The position numbers were made by a program, and so were the translations under genes. From assembly GCA_021776735.1 (NCBI GenBank), contig JAJFFH010000028.1, positions 40,240 through 104,239 of the forward strand: DNA of 64,000 nucleotides, given 5' to 3'. How positions within the stretch are numbered: the stretch's first letter is position 1; every line of letters begins with the position of its first letter. Shown piece by piece: positions 20,175 to 30,316 of the stretch. The stretch comes from Planctomycetota bacterium. GTDB lineage: Bacteria; Planctomycetota; PLA2. Below the pieces are notes generated by a model. That model had not been told where the DNA came from, searched no databases, and saw only the letters and a list, made by a program, of their open reading frames with translations.

Positions 20175-20948
20175 TCACTTCTGGCGGAAGAGCGAGATTC
20201 GGCGGCGGGCGTCCTCCCAGAGCATTGACTTCTTGAGGTCGCGGTCGAAGTCCTTGTGAAACGCTCGGCGGGCCGCAGCGCGCTTGTCCGCGTTGGCTTG
20301 GAGTGCTGCTTCGGCGTCGGCCTCGATCCTGGCCGGGTCGCGCCCCGCGACCGGGGTCTTGTCGTTTTGGAGTGCTGCCGTGAAACGGCGCAGCATCGCG
20401 TGGGCGAGGTTGCGCTCGGCGTGCGGCTTGGTCAGGTTGCGCGCGAGCAGGCTCACCTGCAAGCGTAGGCGCAGCGAACTCTCGTTCGCGACGACGGACT
20501 CCAGATACGACTCGTAGGTCCGGCGCAACTGCGCGTAGTTCTCGTCGTCCCCGCCTTCTGCCGCGCGGCCCCGGGCCGACCAGTCCTTCACGACGTCGCG
20601 AAGCGCCGAACGTGCGGCGGCTTCAGCGGCTTCGCGTGCTGCCCGGTCGGACTCGCTTTCCGGATTCGGATCGGAGACGGGCGCAGGGTCGCCGCCATCG
20701 TCGCTGTTCGCGGACGCCTCGACGGAGTCGGAAACATCGCCGTCCGTCTGCTTTTCTCCGGAATCCTCCGGCAAAAAACCCTCTTCCCAGGTGACGTCCT
20801 CGGCGTCTTCCGCTTCGTTCTCGGCCGAGGCGGCGACATCGGGCGCGGGGGCGTTGGCGGCCTCCTCTTCCGATTGTTCCCAGGGCGGCGTGGTTGTGGC
20901 GCAGCCGACGAGCAGAATACAGCCTAGGATTGTGCGAATGTTCCCCAT
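20175..20948 (-). CDS. Hypothetical lipoprotein with acidic low-complexity linker
   Basis: MGNIRTILGCILLVGC lipobox; the upstream part of the 600-aa track ORF is antisense to the next gene. Confidence 0.7.
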   Translation of the reverse strand: MGNIRTILGCILLVGCATTTPPWEQSEEEAANAPAPDVAASAENEAEDAEDVTWEEGFLPEDSGEKQTDGDVSDSVEASANSDDGGDPAPVSDPNPESESDRAAREAAEAAARSALRDVVKDWSARGRAAEGGDDENYAQLRRTYESYLESVVANESSLRLRLQVSLLARNLTKPHAERNLAHAMLRRFTAALQNDKTPVAGRDPARIEADAEAALQANADKRAAARRAFHKDFDRDLKKSMLWEDARRRISLFRQK

Positions 20949-21035
20949 GACGTGTTGGTTATCGGAAGACTGAAGCTCGAATTGACCGCCCGGCGTCTCA
21001 CGATGAAACCCGCTATGATGGGGGCGGAGGAAACC

Positions 21036-21851
21036 ATGCGAACGGCAGGACTTGTTTTGGCACTTATGGGCGCTGTTTGGGCCGAGGAGCCCCCCGGGAA
21101 GAATCGCGGAGCGGAATTCGAGGCGAAGCTCGAACGACTGCAGGACGAGGCAGCAAAGCTTGAGGCCGCGGGCAAACACGACCACGCGCGTGCCCTGCGC
21201 CAGAAGACTCAAAAGCTGGCGGCGAGATTCAGGGCGATGCGGGAGCGGCGTGACGATGACCGGCATGCGGGACCGGACAAGGAGCAGCGCGCCCTGCGTG
21301 CGTTGGGCCAGGCGATCGAGTCGTTGCAGGCCGCCGGGCGTCGCGAGGCGGCCGAGCAGGTGGCCAAGTTGGCGCGCGATCTCAAGAAAGACATGGCGAA
21401 GTCGCGCGAGCGGCGGATGGCCGAGCACCACGTCGAGATCATGCGCCTCGCGTTTCACGCGTTTCGCGAGGCGAAGAAGGGCGACTGGGCGGAGCTCATG
21501 GAGCATGCGATCCATGTGCGTGAACTCCAGCTCGCCGGGCGGCGCGACGAAGAGGCCCGCGAGATCATGCGCAAGGGTCCGAACCTGGGCGCGCAGGCCG
21601 AGTTGCTGCATGCGGCGGCGGCCCTTTGGAAGAAGTGGGGCCATAAGAAACGTGCTGCGATGTGTCTTGAGCTTGGCAAGCACTTCGGGCAACGCTGGCA
21701 CAAGAAGCGCGGCCCCAAGAACGCGAAGGGCAAGAAAAAGCACGGCGCGGCGCGTGGCGAGATGCTGCAGCTCCTCGAGCGCACGCTGCACCGTGTCGAA
21801 AAGCTGGAGCGTCGGATCGCCGAGCTGGAAGAGCGCCTGCGCCAAAAGTAG
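21036..21851 (+). CDS. Secreted alpha-helical/coiled-coil hypothetical protein
   Basis: GGAGG RBS before ATG 21036; signal peptide ending AVWA; charged helical composition. Confidence 0.75.
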   Translation: MRTAGLVLALMGAVWAEEPPGKNRGAEFEAKLERLQDEAAKLEAAGKHDHARALRQKTQKLAARFRAMRERRDDDRHAGPDKEQRALRALGQAIESLQAAGRREAAEQVAKLARDLKKDMAKSRERRMAEHHVEIMRLAFHAFREAKKGDWAELMEHAIHVRELQLAGRRDEEAREIMRKGPNLGAQAELLHAAAALWKKWGHKKRAAMCLELGKHFGQRWHKKRGPKNAKGKKKHGAARGEMLQLLERTLHRVEKLERRIAELEERLRQK

Positions 21852-21886
21852 CTGCCTGCCTGAATAGCCACCGTCAATAACAAGCC

Positions 21887-21913
21887 CCGGGGTGGGGAAT
21901 CTCCCCGCCCCGG
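21887..21913. terminator. GC-rich 12-bp hairpin, putative terminator
   Basis: CCGGGGTGGGGA-ATC-TCCCCGCCCCGG; no clear U-tract on the + strand. Confidence 0.45.
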
Positions 21914-21958
21914 CCGATCTACTCCTTAGCGCCGCGTCATGCTGACCTGAGGAGAACT

Positions 21959-23125
21959 GTGTTGAGTCGGACCGCATGGGACCAACGGTTCCGGGAACGA
22001 ATGATGCGGTCGGACATGTCAGCGGAGCTGTTTTTTCCCATCGGCAACTCCGATTGGAAGGACGGCCGCTGGATCGTCCGGCGCGGCGAACGAGGCGAGA
22101 CCCGCACGGACATCACCGGTGTCCGGCTGCGTCCCGCCGATCCGCGGGGCGAGGATCTCGTCCCCGAGGGACAGGTCCGCACCGACCTCGTGAATCTGGT
22201 TGCGACCCTGCGCAAGGCGCGCGGGATCGAGGGCGGAAGCGGCCTTGTCTTGTCGTCGCGCATGCTCAGGCGTAGGCAAACGGACGGCGATACTCTTCAC
22301 CGCATCCGGTTCGGGCTGCAAGACACGGGATCCACCGGGGAGGACTCGGCCGTTGCCGCGCGGGCGTGCCATCGCCGCATTCGCCGCGCCGTCAGCAGGT
22401 CGGGGCTGGTCGTGGAGCACCCGCGGCGCTTTGATTCCGAGACGGGCCTTGCCGGACTCGAGACGTGGGCGGGGCAGGTGAGGTTGCGCCGCCGTCGCCG
22501 CTGGTGGCTCTGGCTCTTGCCGCTGCTGCTCCTGCTGATTCCGCTCTGGAAGCCGGATCTGGTCCGACCGGAGCGCTTTTTTGGCGTTGCGATCGAGACC
22601 AGGAGCCTTGTCATCCTGCTCGACAAGTCGTCGAGCATGGGCACGCATTTTGGCGCCGTGCAGGGCGAGGCGCGCCGCGTTCTGACGAGCATGGCCGGGG
22701 CGGATGCCGCACATTTTTGCAACGTGATCGCGTACGACCAACACGCGCATCCCGCCCTGCCCGGGTTGCGTGCGGTCGATGCGGACTGCGAGAAGCAGTT
22801 GGCCCAGTTCCTGTCCCGGCTTCGAGCTGGCGGCGGCACAAACCTGCGCGCCGGACTCGAGGAGGCCGCGCGCCAGGTCGCCCAGCACGGCCGGCCGACA
22901 ACGCTCCTGATCCTGACCGATGCGCAGGACTCGTCGATCCAGCAGATGCTGGCGGACAAGGACAGCCTGCTCGCGCGTTTTGCGGGCGTGGGCATCGTCG
23001 GCAACGCGCTGACGCCGCGCCTGTTCGGGAAGGACGGCGAGGCGCGCCCGGTCGATGGACACGAAAAAAACCTGGCGGCGCTCGCCGAGGCGCTCCACGG
23101 AAGGTTCGGACCCAATGATTCCTAG
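21959..23125 (+). CDS. Membrane-anchored von Willebrand A (vWA) domain protein
   Basis: GAGGAG RBS + GTG; RRRRR-WWLWLL TM segment; MIDAS DKSSS, GGGTN, ILTD. Confidence 0.85.
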   Translation: MLSRTAWDQRFRERMMRSDMSAELFFPIGNSDWKDGRWIVRRGERGETRTDITGVRLRPADPRGEDLVPEGQVRTDLVNLVATLRKARGIEGGSGLVLSSRMLRRRQTDGDTLHRIRFGLQDTGSTGEDSAVAARACHRRIRRAVSRSGLVVEHPRRFDSETGLAGLETWAGQVRLRRRRRWWLWLLPLLLLLIPLWKPDLVRPERFFGVAIETRSLVILLDKSSSMGTHFGAVQGEARRVLTSMAGADAAHFCNVIAYDQHAHPALPGLRAVDADCEKQLAQFLSRLRAGGGTNLRAGLEEAARQVAQHGRPTTLLILTDAQDSSIQQMLADKDSLLARFAGVGIVGNALTPRLFGKDGEARPVDGHEKNLAALAEALHGRFGPNDS

Positions 23126-25175
23126 CGATCTCGTCAACACACTCAACGACATTCGCGCCGCCTACATGGAGGCGACCGGGAAACTGCCGGAGATCGCCAG
23201 CTTCCGGTCGCTGATGGGCACGTCGTCCACGCTGCCCGCCGCCGTGCGTGAAATCCTCGCCGTCATGGAGCACCGTCATCTGAAGCGGCCCTGCGACGGG
23301 CGCGTCACGGTTGCCGTGATCGGCTCGAGCGGCCACGGCAAGACGACGATTCTCGACGAGATGTTTCCGGGGCTCTCCGAACGCGGTTGGCTCGTGACGG
23401 ACGTGACGGACACGACCTCGCAGTCGCTGCGTATCGAGTACGCACCGGACGGATCGCCCGCGCTCGAGGAGGTCGAGGTGCGTTCGTGGGATGTCGAGCA
23501 GATCAAGGAACTGCTGCATCTTCCCGCGGTGGAAGAGCAAAACCGAAACGACAACATTCGCGTCAGCTACCTGGAAGACGCGGTCATCGTCGATGGAACC
23601 GAGGCGCGCTTTTCCGATGCCGACCTGGGTCAGTTCCGGTTTCCGCGCCGTCTGCGTCTGCAGCCGTTTTCCGAGCCGTTTTCCGTGCCCGCCGAGCGCT
23701 CTTCGGAGCGCGCGTTCATTCGCGCGCTCACTGTCAAGGAGCAGTCTTCCGCCCTGTCGGCGGGGCCCGTGCTCAAGCAGGGCGGAGAGACCTACGATGC
23801 GCTGCAGTTGCGCGCGGTCGTCAAGGATGTGCGGTTGCGCGATCGGTTCGAGAACATTCGCCGCTGGAGCGGCCGGCCCGACGAGGAGGTCGCGCGGCTG
23901 ACGTTCGTCGATACGCCCGGGCTGGCCGTGCAGGGCAGCGCGAAGGACGAGGTGCTGCGCCACTGCCTTGAAAAAAAGAGCAGTCAGATCGCGCTGCAAC
24001 TCTGGAAAGACGACGAACTCGACTTCATCGTGCATCTCGTCTTGTGCGGCCGCCAGTCCGACTTCGCCGAGCTCTGGAAAGCAATCGAGTGCGAGTGCGG
24101 GCCGGCGGAACTCGCCGACCTGCAAGACCGCATGATCGTCGCGGTCAACGGGATGAACATCTACTTCACCAACCGCGACCTCAAGAAGAAATACGAGGAT
24201 CCGGAGACCGCGCGCCGCGAGGGCGACCATTTCGCGACGACGCTCCTCGACAACGTCCTGCAGAAAATGAGCCCGCGGGGTCGCGTGCGGCCCGCGCGCG
24301 TCTGTTTTCTCGATTCGGCGTCGATCGTCGAGACCCTGACGACCGGCCAGTACGCCGACGCGTACCAAAAGTACCGTCCGATCATGGAGCGCTGGCTGGA
24401 GCCCGGCGGCGTCGGCCATACGACACTCAAGGAGCTCGACCTTCTCGAGTCGTTCCGTGACAACGTCGATCCGCTCTGCGACCCCGAGGACCGCGGGCAA
24501 GGCCATCTTGTCCGACAGCTTCAGCAGGTCGTCGAGGAGCAGGGGCCGGCGCTGCTGCTCAAGAAACACCTTTGCAAGACCGGACTTTTGCGGGGCCTCG
24601 AGGGACTTCAGGAAATCCTCTCCTCGTACTACGACGACGAGGGCCGCATGACGCGGGAGGCCACGCAGCAGGCACTTGGGGCTTGTCTCGCCTTTTTGGA
24701 CCGCAACGATCTCGATGGCGTCGAGCGCTTCGCGCGCGACCATCTCGACTCTCGGATCGAGGAGATCGTGCCGCGGCGCGACCCGCCCGATGGCTGGGTC
24801 CAGGAGAGTTTCTTTGCTCTATGCGACCTCATCAAGGAGAACGTTCTGTTCCACGGCGAGGCCGCGCCCGACGTCCAGGGCTCGTTTGCCCGCTACTTCG
24901 ACGGCCAGGCCCGGACGTGGGCCCAGGACTGGGGTTACGCCGACGCGCAGTTGGCGCCGCCCGACAAGGGATTCGCGAACTCGGCGGATCTCGTCACGCA
25001 CTGCCTCCGGCTCCACGCCCGCGATGTCTTGTATCTGCTCCTGGTCGAGGAGCGCGTGGCCGGAGTGGAGCAGGGCGACGACGATCGCGAACAGGTCGAT
25101 GAGGTCTTGAGAATCCTGGAGCATGCGAGGCGCCGCGCCGCCGCCGCGTGCGCCGAATACGGAGTGGGGGTCTGA
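23115..25175 (+). CDS. Dynamin-like (SrfC-like) P-loop GTPase
   Basis: G1 VAVIGSSGHGKTT, G2 candidate DTTS, G3 FVDTPG, atypical G4 AVNGMN; helical C-terminus. Confidence 0.75.
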   Translation: MIPSDLVNTLNDIRAAYMEATGKLPEIASFRSLMGTSSTLPAAVREILAVMEHRHLKRPCDGRVTVAVIGSSGHGKTTILDEMFPGLSERGWLVTDVTDTTSQSLRIEYAPDGSPALEEVEVRSWDVEQIKELLHLPAVEEQNRNDNIRVSYLEDAVIVDGTEARFSDADLGQFRFPRRLRLQPFSEPFSVPAERSSERAFIRALTVKEQSSALSAGPVLKQGGETYDALQLRAVVKDVRLRDRFENIRRWSGRPDEEVARLTFVDTPGLAVQGSAKDEVLRHCLEKKSSQIALQLWKDDELDFIVHLVLCGRQSDFAELWKAIECECGPAELADLQDRMIVAVNGMNIYFTNRDLKKKYEDPETARREGDHFATTLLDNVLQKMSPRGRVRPARVCFLDSASIVETLTTGQYADAYQKYRPIMERWLEPGGVGHTTLKELDLLESFRDNVDPLCDPEDRGQGHLVRQLQQVVEEQGPALLLKKHLCKTGLLRGLEGLQEILSSYYDDEGRMTREATQQALGACLAFLDRNDLDGVERFARDHLDSRIEEIVPRRDPPDGWVQESFFALCDLIKENVLFHGEAAPDVQGSFARYFDGQARTWAQDWGYADAQLAPPDKGFANSADLVTHCLRLHARDVLYLLLVEERVAGVEQGDDDREQVDEVLRILEHARRRAAAACAEYGVGV

Positions 25176-25179
25176 TCCG

Positions 25180-27591
25180 ATGCGTGCCACCAAGCAGCCC
25201 GCGAAAGCCGGCGTTTACCAGTTCATCGTGCTGCCGAACACCGGCATCCAGATTTGCCGCGGGTTTCCCGTCACGCCGGACGCCCAGCGCTCGATCGACG
25301 AGCTCTTCAAGGCCGCGAATCGGGCGGCGCAGGAATTCGAGAGCCACGAAGTCGTGCGGCTCGTCCGCGAGCACGTCGCCTGCAACCGGGAGCTCGAGGC
25401 AAGCGGGTGGGTCGCGTGCGACACGAACGAGTTCGTATTCTGGCGCATGACCCGCGCGGGTGCCGAGGTCCATCTCGATCTTGTCGTGGACACACGCAAC
25501 GGAGCCGGCGCGCAACTCGGCAACAAGATCCCGGTGCAGGTCGGCAACGGCCTGTTCCGCCGCCGCACGCGCCTCGCCGACATCTTTGTCGAACGCCACG
25601 AGAGCGCGCGCAACGAGATCGGCACGCTGATCATGGACTTCGGCAACAGCGGCAGCTCGTTTGTGTTTTCGCGCAACGGCGCCGGACCGCTGCAGGCGCA
25701 TGTCGTGCAGCCCACCAACCCGTTCGATCCGCGCTACAACGAACGGTCGGAGACCGAGCGCAACATCCTCAAGTCCAACATGATCGTCCTGCGCGTCGGA
25801 CCACGCACGGAAGAGGCGCCGTGGATCGTTCTCGGCAAGCGTTCGGAAGAGCTGATCCGCGACCATCCGCTATCGACCTACCTGTACGCGCCCAAAAAAT
25901 ACGTACGCCACTGGCCGGACCACCTCCGTGCACCCGAACCGACGATGAAGTTCCGGGGCATCCTCGGGCAGCGCGACGGATTGCACCCGATGCTTCATTT
26001 CGTGCGGCACACGCTCGACGAGATGATGCAGCACGTGCTGGCGTCGCTCGCCAACCCGCACGGCACGTCGGACGAACCGGAGTTCTATCCGCAGGTGGCG
26101 CGCTTGATGTGCACCTATCCGCTGACGTGGCGTGAGTCGGACCGCCGGCTCTTTCAGGAGATGATGGAGGACGTGGCGAGCCGGCTGCTCGTTCACGAAG
26201 ACCACGTGCGCGAGCAGTTCAAGGTCGAACTGATCTGTTCCGAGCCGGTCGCCGTCGCCGCGTTCGTCCTGTGGGAGACGTTTTTCCACTTCGGCACCAA
26301 GAACCTCGCCTTGGCGGCGAGCACCCTCGGCAACACGAAGGGCACGAATGAACTGCGCATGCTGGTCGTTGATATCGGCGGCGGATCCACCGACATTGCC
26401 TGTGTGGACATCGGCTGGAACGTGCAGCAGTTCGACGACTCGGTCGACGTGACCTTCAAGCTGCTCGAGTCCATGCGGTTCAACCGGGCGGGTGACCGGC
26501 TCTCGCATCTTCTCGCCGCCGCGCTCCGCGAACATCTCGCGCTCAAGTACGGCCTTACCGAGTCGCTCGACTTCCGGATCGAGTCCCGCAACCCGGCGTT
26601 CACGCGCGGGTACAAGCGGCTCGCCGTGAGCCGGATCGCGGAGCTGGCAGAGCACGCGAAGGCGGCGCTTTCCAGCAGCGACGGGACCTGGACGCTCGAG
26701 CCTGCGGACGAATTGGACCTGCTCCACTGCTTCGAGCCCCTGCTCGACGACACCGGGAACGCCGGGACTCCCGGCAACCTGGAGGATCGCGTCCGACGCG
26801 GGCCGCGTTTCTCGCTGGACCGTGCGACGTTCCAGGAGTGGGTCGAACATGACCGCCAGTCGCTCGAGACCAACGGCGAACCGGGCTTCATGGACATCTT
26901 CTTCTATCTTGAAGAGCTGCGCCAAAGCCTGCGCGAGAAAAACCGCGACCCGCACCTTGTCGTCTTGTCCGGTCGCTCGACACGACTGCCGTTTATCCGC
27001 ACCATGGCCGCGCGCCGGCTGGGGCTGCCGCCGCATCGCGTTCGCACGCTCGCCGACATCCTGCCCGACTCGCTGAAACTCCAGGGCCACGAGAACATGG
27101 ACAAGCTCGCCGTGGTCTGCGGGGCGCAACGGTTCCGCTTCGGCGATCACATCCGGTTTTCCGCGCTCGCGGACGCGCCGATTTTCAATCGCTACATCGG
27201 CACCGTGCGCGAGACGCCGACCGGTCTCAAGCTCAACCGCGTGCTGATCCGTCCTGGCGACTCGTGCCCGCGCACGATCGACGTCGAGGTGCCGCCCGCG
27301 CGCGACATCCGCATCGGCCACGCGTTCCGCGAGGACGGGACCGCGCAGGTCGTGGCGAACCTGTCGAACCATTCGCACACGAAGGCGCACAAGGTGTCGC
27401 TTGATGTCCTGGACGACTACTCGATCCAGATGCCGTCCCACGAAGACGTCGTGTGTTCGGAGTGGGTGCCGGGCGGCAACGACATCGTGGTCGATAACTT
27501 CCACGACACCGGCCGGATCGACGGCGAGCCCGATGGCTTCCTGCGCCGGATCGTCCTGAAGAACCGTGAGGCCTGGCATCGCGATGCGTAG
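25180..27591 (+). CDS. Hsp70/actin-fold ATPase (SrfB-like)
   Basis: Phosphate-1 IMDFGNSGS, connect SEPVAVA, phosphate-2 VVDIGGGSTDI, adenosine VLSGRSTRLPFI. Confidence 0.8.
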   Translation: MRATKQPAKAGVYQFIVLPNTGIQICRGFPVTPDAQRSIDELFKAANRAAQEFESHEVVRLVREHVACNRELEASGWVACDTNEFVFWRMTRAGAEVHLDLVVDTRNGAGAQLGNKIPVQVGNGLFRRRTRLADIFVERHESARNEIGTLIMDFGNSGSSFVFSRNGAGPLQAHVVQPTNPFDPRYNERSETERNILKSNMIVLRVGPRTEEAPWIVLGKRSEELIRDHPLSTYLYAPKKYVRHWPDHLRAPEPTMKFRGILGQRDGLHPMLHFVRHTLDEMMQHVLASLANPHGTSDEPEFYPQVARLMCTYPLTWRESDRRLFQEMMEDVASRLLVHEDHVREQFKVELICSEPVAVAAFVLWETFFHFGTKNLALAASTLGNTKGTNELRMLVVDIGGGSTDIACVDIGWNVQQFDDSVDVTFKLLESMRFNRAGDRLSHLLAAALREHLALKYGLTESLDFRIESRNPAFTRGYKRLAVSRIAELAEHAKAALSSSDGTWTLEPADELDLLHCFEPLLDDTGNAGTPGNLEDRVRRGPRFSLDRATFQEWVEHDRQSLETNGEPGFMDIFFYLEELRQSLREKNRDPHLVVLSGRSTRLPFIRTMAARRLGLPPHRVRTLADILPDSLKLQGHENMDKLAVVCGAQRFRFGDHIRFSALADAPIFNRYIGTVRETPTGLKLNRVLIRPGDSCPRTIDVEVPPARDIRIGHAFREDGTAQVVANLSNHSHTKAHKVSLDVLDDYSIQMPSHEDVVCSEWVPGGNDIVVDNFHDTGRIDGEPDGFLRRIVLKNREAWHRDA

Positions 27592-27814
27592 CCTGACCAA
27601 CCGCCAACTCCTGCTGGGGGTCGTCGTGCTCGCGGGGGCGGCGACCCTGTTCGGGCTTGTCGATGTGGTCCAGGGCGCGACGGCGCGCGGTCGCGAGGCA
27701 AAGCTGCGCGTGCGCGTGCAGGAACTCGAGCGCGATCTCGGCACGCTGCGGGCACGCATCGATGCTCGGGAAGCGGAGCCGGGCCTGCTGGACCGGGTCC
27801 TGGGCCGGCCGTGA
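27584..27814 (+). CDS. Small TM + coiled-coil protein (76 aa)
   Basis: Overlaps both neighbours; N-terminal hydrophobic helix, then heptad pattern LRVRVQELERDLGTLRARI. Confidence 0.7.
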   Translation: MRSLTNRQLLLGVVVLAGAATLFGLVDVVQGATARGREAKLRVRVQELERDLGTLRARIDAREAEPGLLDRVLGRP

Positions 27815-28326
27815 GCTCGCTGGCACTGCTCTTCGCCGCGGGCCTGTTCGCCGGCGCGCTCCTGCTCTGGGATCGGTGGCGCGCCGAAGACATCGCCGTC
27901 CCGACGCTGCCTCAAGAGGCCCGCGACGCGGACCGCGTCTGGGCCGCCGACGCCCAAGGTGTCCGCGCGCTGCCGGTCCCGCACCGCGAAGTCCACGACC
28001 CGTACCGCACGATCGGCGAACTTCTCGCTGCGCTCGAAGGCCAACAGCTCGCAGAACCCGAGCGGCGCCTCAAGGCGCTCTACCAACTCGAGGGCGCGCT
28101 CGGTGTGGCTCCCACGGAACTCCACGCGGCGCAGGACGCCCTCGTCGGCCGCCGCGTGATGGACCAGACCATCGCCCGCATCGGCGTCATCGAGCCCGGC
28201 GCGCTCGTCGATCGCCGCACGATGCGTCCGCTCGGCCCCGGCAGCCGCGTGCGGCAACCCCTCGGCGCCATCGGCTACTCCGAGGACGGAAGGGTACTTC
28301 TGAAGGCGAAGGTCGTCACCGGTTGA
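27811..28326 (+). CDS. Membrane-anchored protein with GrpE-like C-terminal beta domain
   Basis: GTGA overlap; N-terminal TM; PGALVDRRTM...VRQPLGAIGYSEDGRVLLKAKVV resembles the GrpE G..FDP...GY...RVLRPA.V pattern. Confidence 0.6.
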   Translation: MSSLALLFAAGLFAGALLLWDRWRAEDIAVPTLPQEARDADRVWAADAQGVRALPVPHREVHDPYRTIGELLAALEGQQLAEPERRLKALYQLEGALGVAPTELHAAQDALVGRRVMDQTIARIGVIEPGALVDRRTMRPLGPGSRVRQPLGAIGYSEDGRVLLKAKVVTG

Positions 28327-29965
28327 CCGCGACCGGAACGATGACGTACCCGATCGCATCGAGGCGCGCGCGTTGGGCGTCGGTTAGCGCCAGTCCCGCG
28401 GTGAGAGCAGCGCTCAGGGAAAGCTGACGGACGGCGAGATCCTTGAGGTGTTTCGTCGGCATGAGTCGCACGCCGTGTTTTGGGTCGGGGCCCGGCCGGG
28501 GCAACGCCGCGGCCCACGCGGCAACGAGAGGCCGGGCGCGCGCGGTCTGATCCGTATCGAGTTCGAGAACTCCGACAAGGTGCGCGAGGACCGCGCGGGC
28601 CGGTCCGGTTGCCGCGTCGTACGGGAGGGCGCGTGCGCGCGCACCCCACACCAGGCCCGGCCCGAACAGGTCTGTAATGCCCTGGCCGCGATACGTCTGC
28701 GGCCTCAGGATGTTGCGCTGCTTCGCCGTGAGATGTCGCTCGAGCCGCGCCAGGAAACGGGTGCGGTTTTGGAGCGAGGCGTGCACGCGAGCCAGGATCG
28801 GTCCGTCCGCGGCGAGTGGTTGTGGGTTCCAGTCGCGCAAGAGCGTACGGACGGCGATGCCTTGCGCCGGCGAGAGTGGGGCGCCCGCGCGCCGTAGCAC
28901 CGCGCCGGCGAGGTTGGCGACGACGAGCGGATGCAGCAGCACCTCGTTCGGTGTCTCGCCCGGAATGCCTCGATGAGAAAGCGTAAGGGCCGCCTTGACC
29001 AACTCGCCGTTCCAGCGCTGGGCGAGCCCGGCTGTTTCGGGCACCGGGAACGTGCCATCCCCGGCACCGACGAGATCGGCGAGGAGCGGCCGCAGGATCA
29101 GGATTGCACGAGCGGCGAGATCCCAGTCGATGGCGCGCAACGCATCCTCGTGCGGCGCGAACAGAAACGTCGGACGGCGCGGATCTTGTTGCGCAATTCT
29201 GGAACCCTCCTCCCTGGTGCGCGGTACGAGGGCGGCGAGCCTTCGGGCGATTTCCCTGCTGCGGGCGCGCGCGTCTTCGAGTTCACCCGTCACGCCTGCA
29301 TGCGGTGCGGTCGCGAGTTCGGTGCTTGCCGGTGCATCGGGCGCGGTCGCGAGCGAATAGCCGGCGCCAAACGCGGTCAGCGCGATGGCGAGCGTGGCCG
29401 CCACGGGCAGAGCCGAACCGGTCGTGGAGCCTGCAAGTGCGAGCAGGCCGAAGCGCCACGTACGGGGATCTTCGCGATAGGCATCGTCAAGCGCGAGCCG
29501 GAGTTTTTGCAGGGCGCGGCGGAGCCGCGTGTCGACGGTCTTGACCGGCACGTCCATGACGCGCGCGATCTCGCGCGGCGGCCGATCGTCGAAGAATCGA
29601 TGGACGATCGTCGTCCGATAGGGCTCGGGGAGCTGATCGACCGCGTTCACCACGCGCCGTTGCACCTCGATGCGTTCCGCGACGGATGCGGTCGAGGCGA
29701 GAGACTCGGGGAGGGCGGCGGCGCGCTCCCGTTGCCGCCGCCGACTCTCGCTACGCCGCGTCTTGTAGGCGAGGTTGCGGGTCACCCCGGCCAGGAACGC
29801 GCGCAGGCGCGAGGGGTGGCGGGGCGGTTGGACCAGCGCGACCGCGAGGGTGTCTTGCACCACGTCGTCGGCCTCGGCATCGTCGAATAGAAGGCTGCGG
29901 GCCAATCCGCGCAAGAACCCGACGTGTTCAAAGAGCGCTTCGGGATTGATTCGCGGCGGCAGCAT
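28316..29965 (-). CDS. ECF sigma factor fused to a TM helix, coiled coil and an unknown helical domain
   Basis: ADDVVQDT..LRAFLAGVTRN; HRFFDD..EIARVMDVPVKTVDTRL; C-domain paralogous to 30317..31492. Confidence 0.88.
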   Translation of the reverse strand: MLPPRINPEALFEHVGFLRGLARSLLFDDAEADDVVQDTLAVALVQPPRHPSRLRAFLAGVTRNLAYKTRRSESRRRQRERAAALPESLASTASVAERIEVQRRVVNAVDQLPEPYRTTIVHRFFDDRPPREIARVMDVPVKTVDTRLRRALQKLRLALDDAYREDPRTWRFGLLALAGSTTGSALPVAATLAIALTAFGAGYSLATAPDAPASTELATAPHAGVTGELEDARARSREIARRLAALVPRTREEGSRIAQQDPRRPTFLFAPHEDALRAIDWDLAARAILILRPLLADLVGAGDGTFPVPETAGLAQRWNGELVKAALTLSHRGIPGETPNEVLLHPLVVANLAGAVLRRAGAPLSPAQGIAVRTLLRDWNPQPLAADGPILARVHASLQNRTRFLARLERHLTAKQRNILRPQTYRGQGITDLFGPGLVWGARARALPYDAATGPARAVLAHLVGVLELDTDQTARARPLVAAWAAALPRPGPDPKHGVRLMPTKHLKDLAVRQLSLSAALTAGLALTDAQRARLDAIGYVIVPVAVNR

Positions 29966-29971
29966 GTCTTG

Positions 29972-30000
29972 TCGTACCCGCGGGCGTGCGATTCCCTTCA
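29972..30000 (-). promoter_or_regulatory. Putative autoregulatory ECF promoter
   Basis: TGAAGGGAA-N12-GGGTACGA-N6-ATG, repeated exactly at 31499..31527. Confidence 0.7.
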
Positions 30001-30316
30001 GCGCGACTCCGATATCGCGGCGGGGGAACCCTTCGCTGCACGCGGGTTTCGGAAAGCAATGTAGAGTTTTTGCGACATGACATCGGAATTCCGTCTCACG
30101 GTCCGAAAACAAGGGTACCCGTCGGGCGTTGTTCCCGCCTAGCATGAACGCCAGGAGTCGGGTCCATGGTCAAACTAGTCGCACTATCGCTGGCGGTTCT
30201 CTTTGTCGTCGCCATCCTGGCGCTGTTCATCGTCCTGCCGATTCGGCAGGGCATAGTGGAACGTCGTCATACGGGCGGGCGATACGGACCACCGCGCCGC
30301 TGACGTCGAGCAACGC

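Noticed and set aside
20971-21005. TGAAGCTCGAA...GCGTCTCA as another copy of the ECF promoter
   Set aside because: Spacing is off by one, the match is weak, and the gene has a good SD-led start at 21036.
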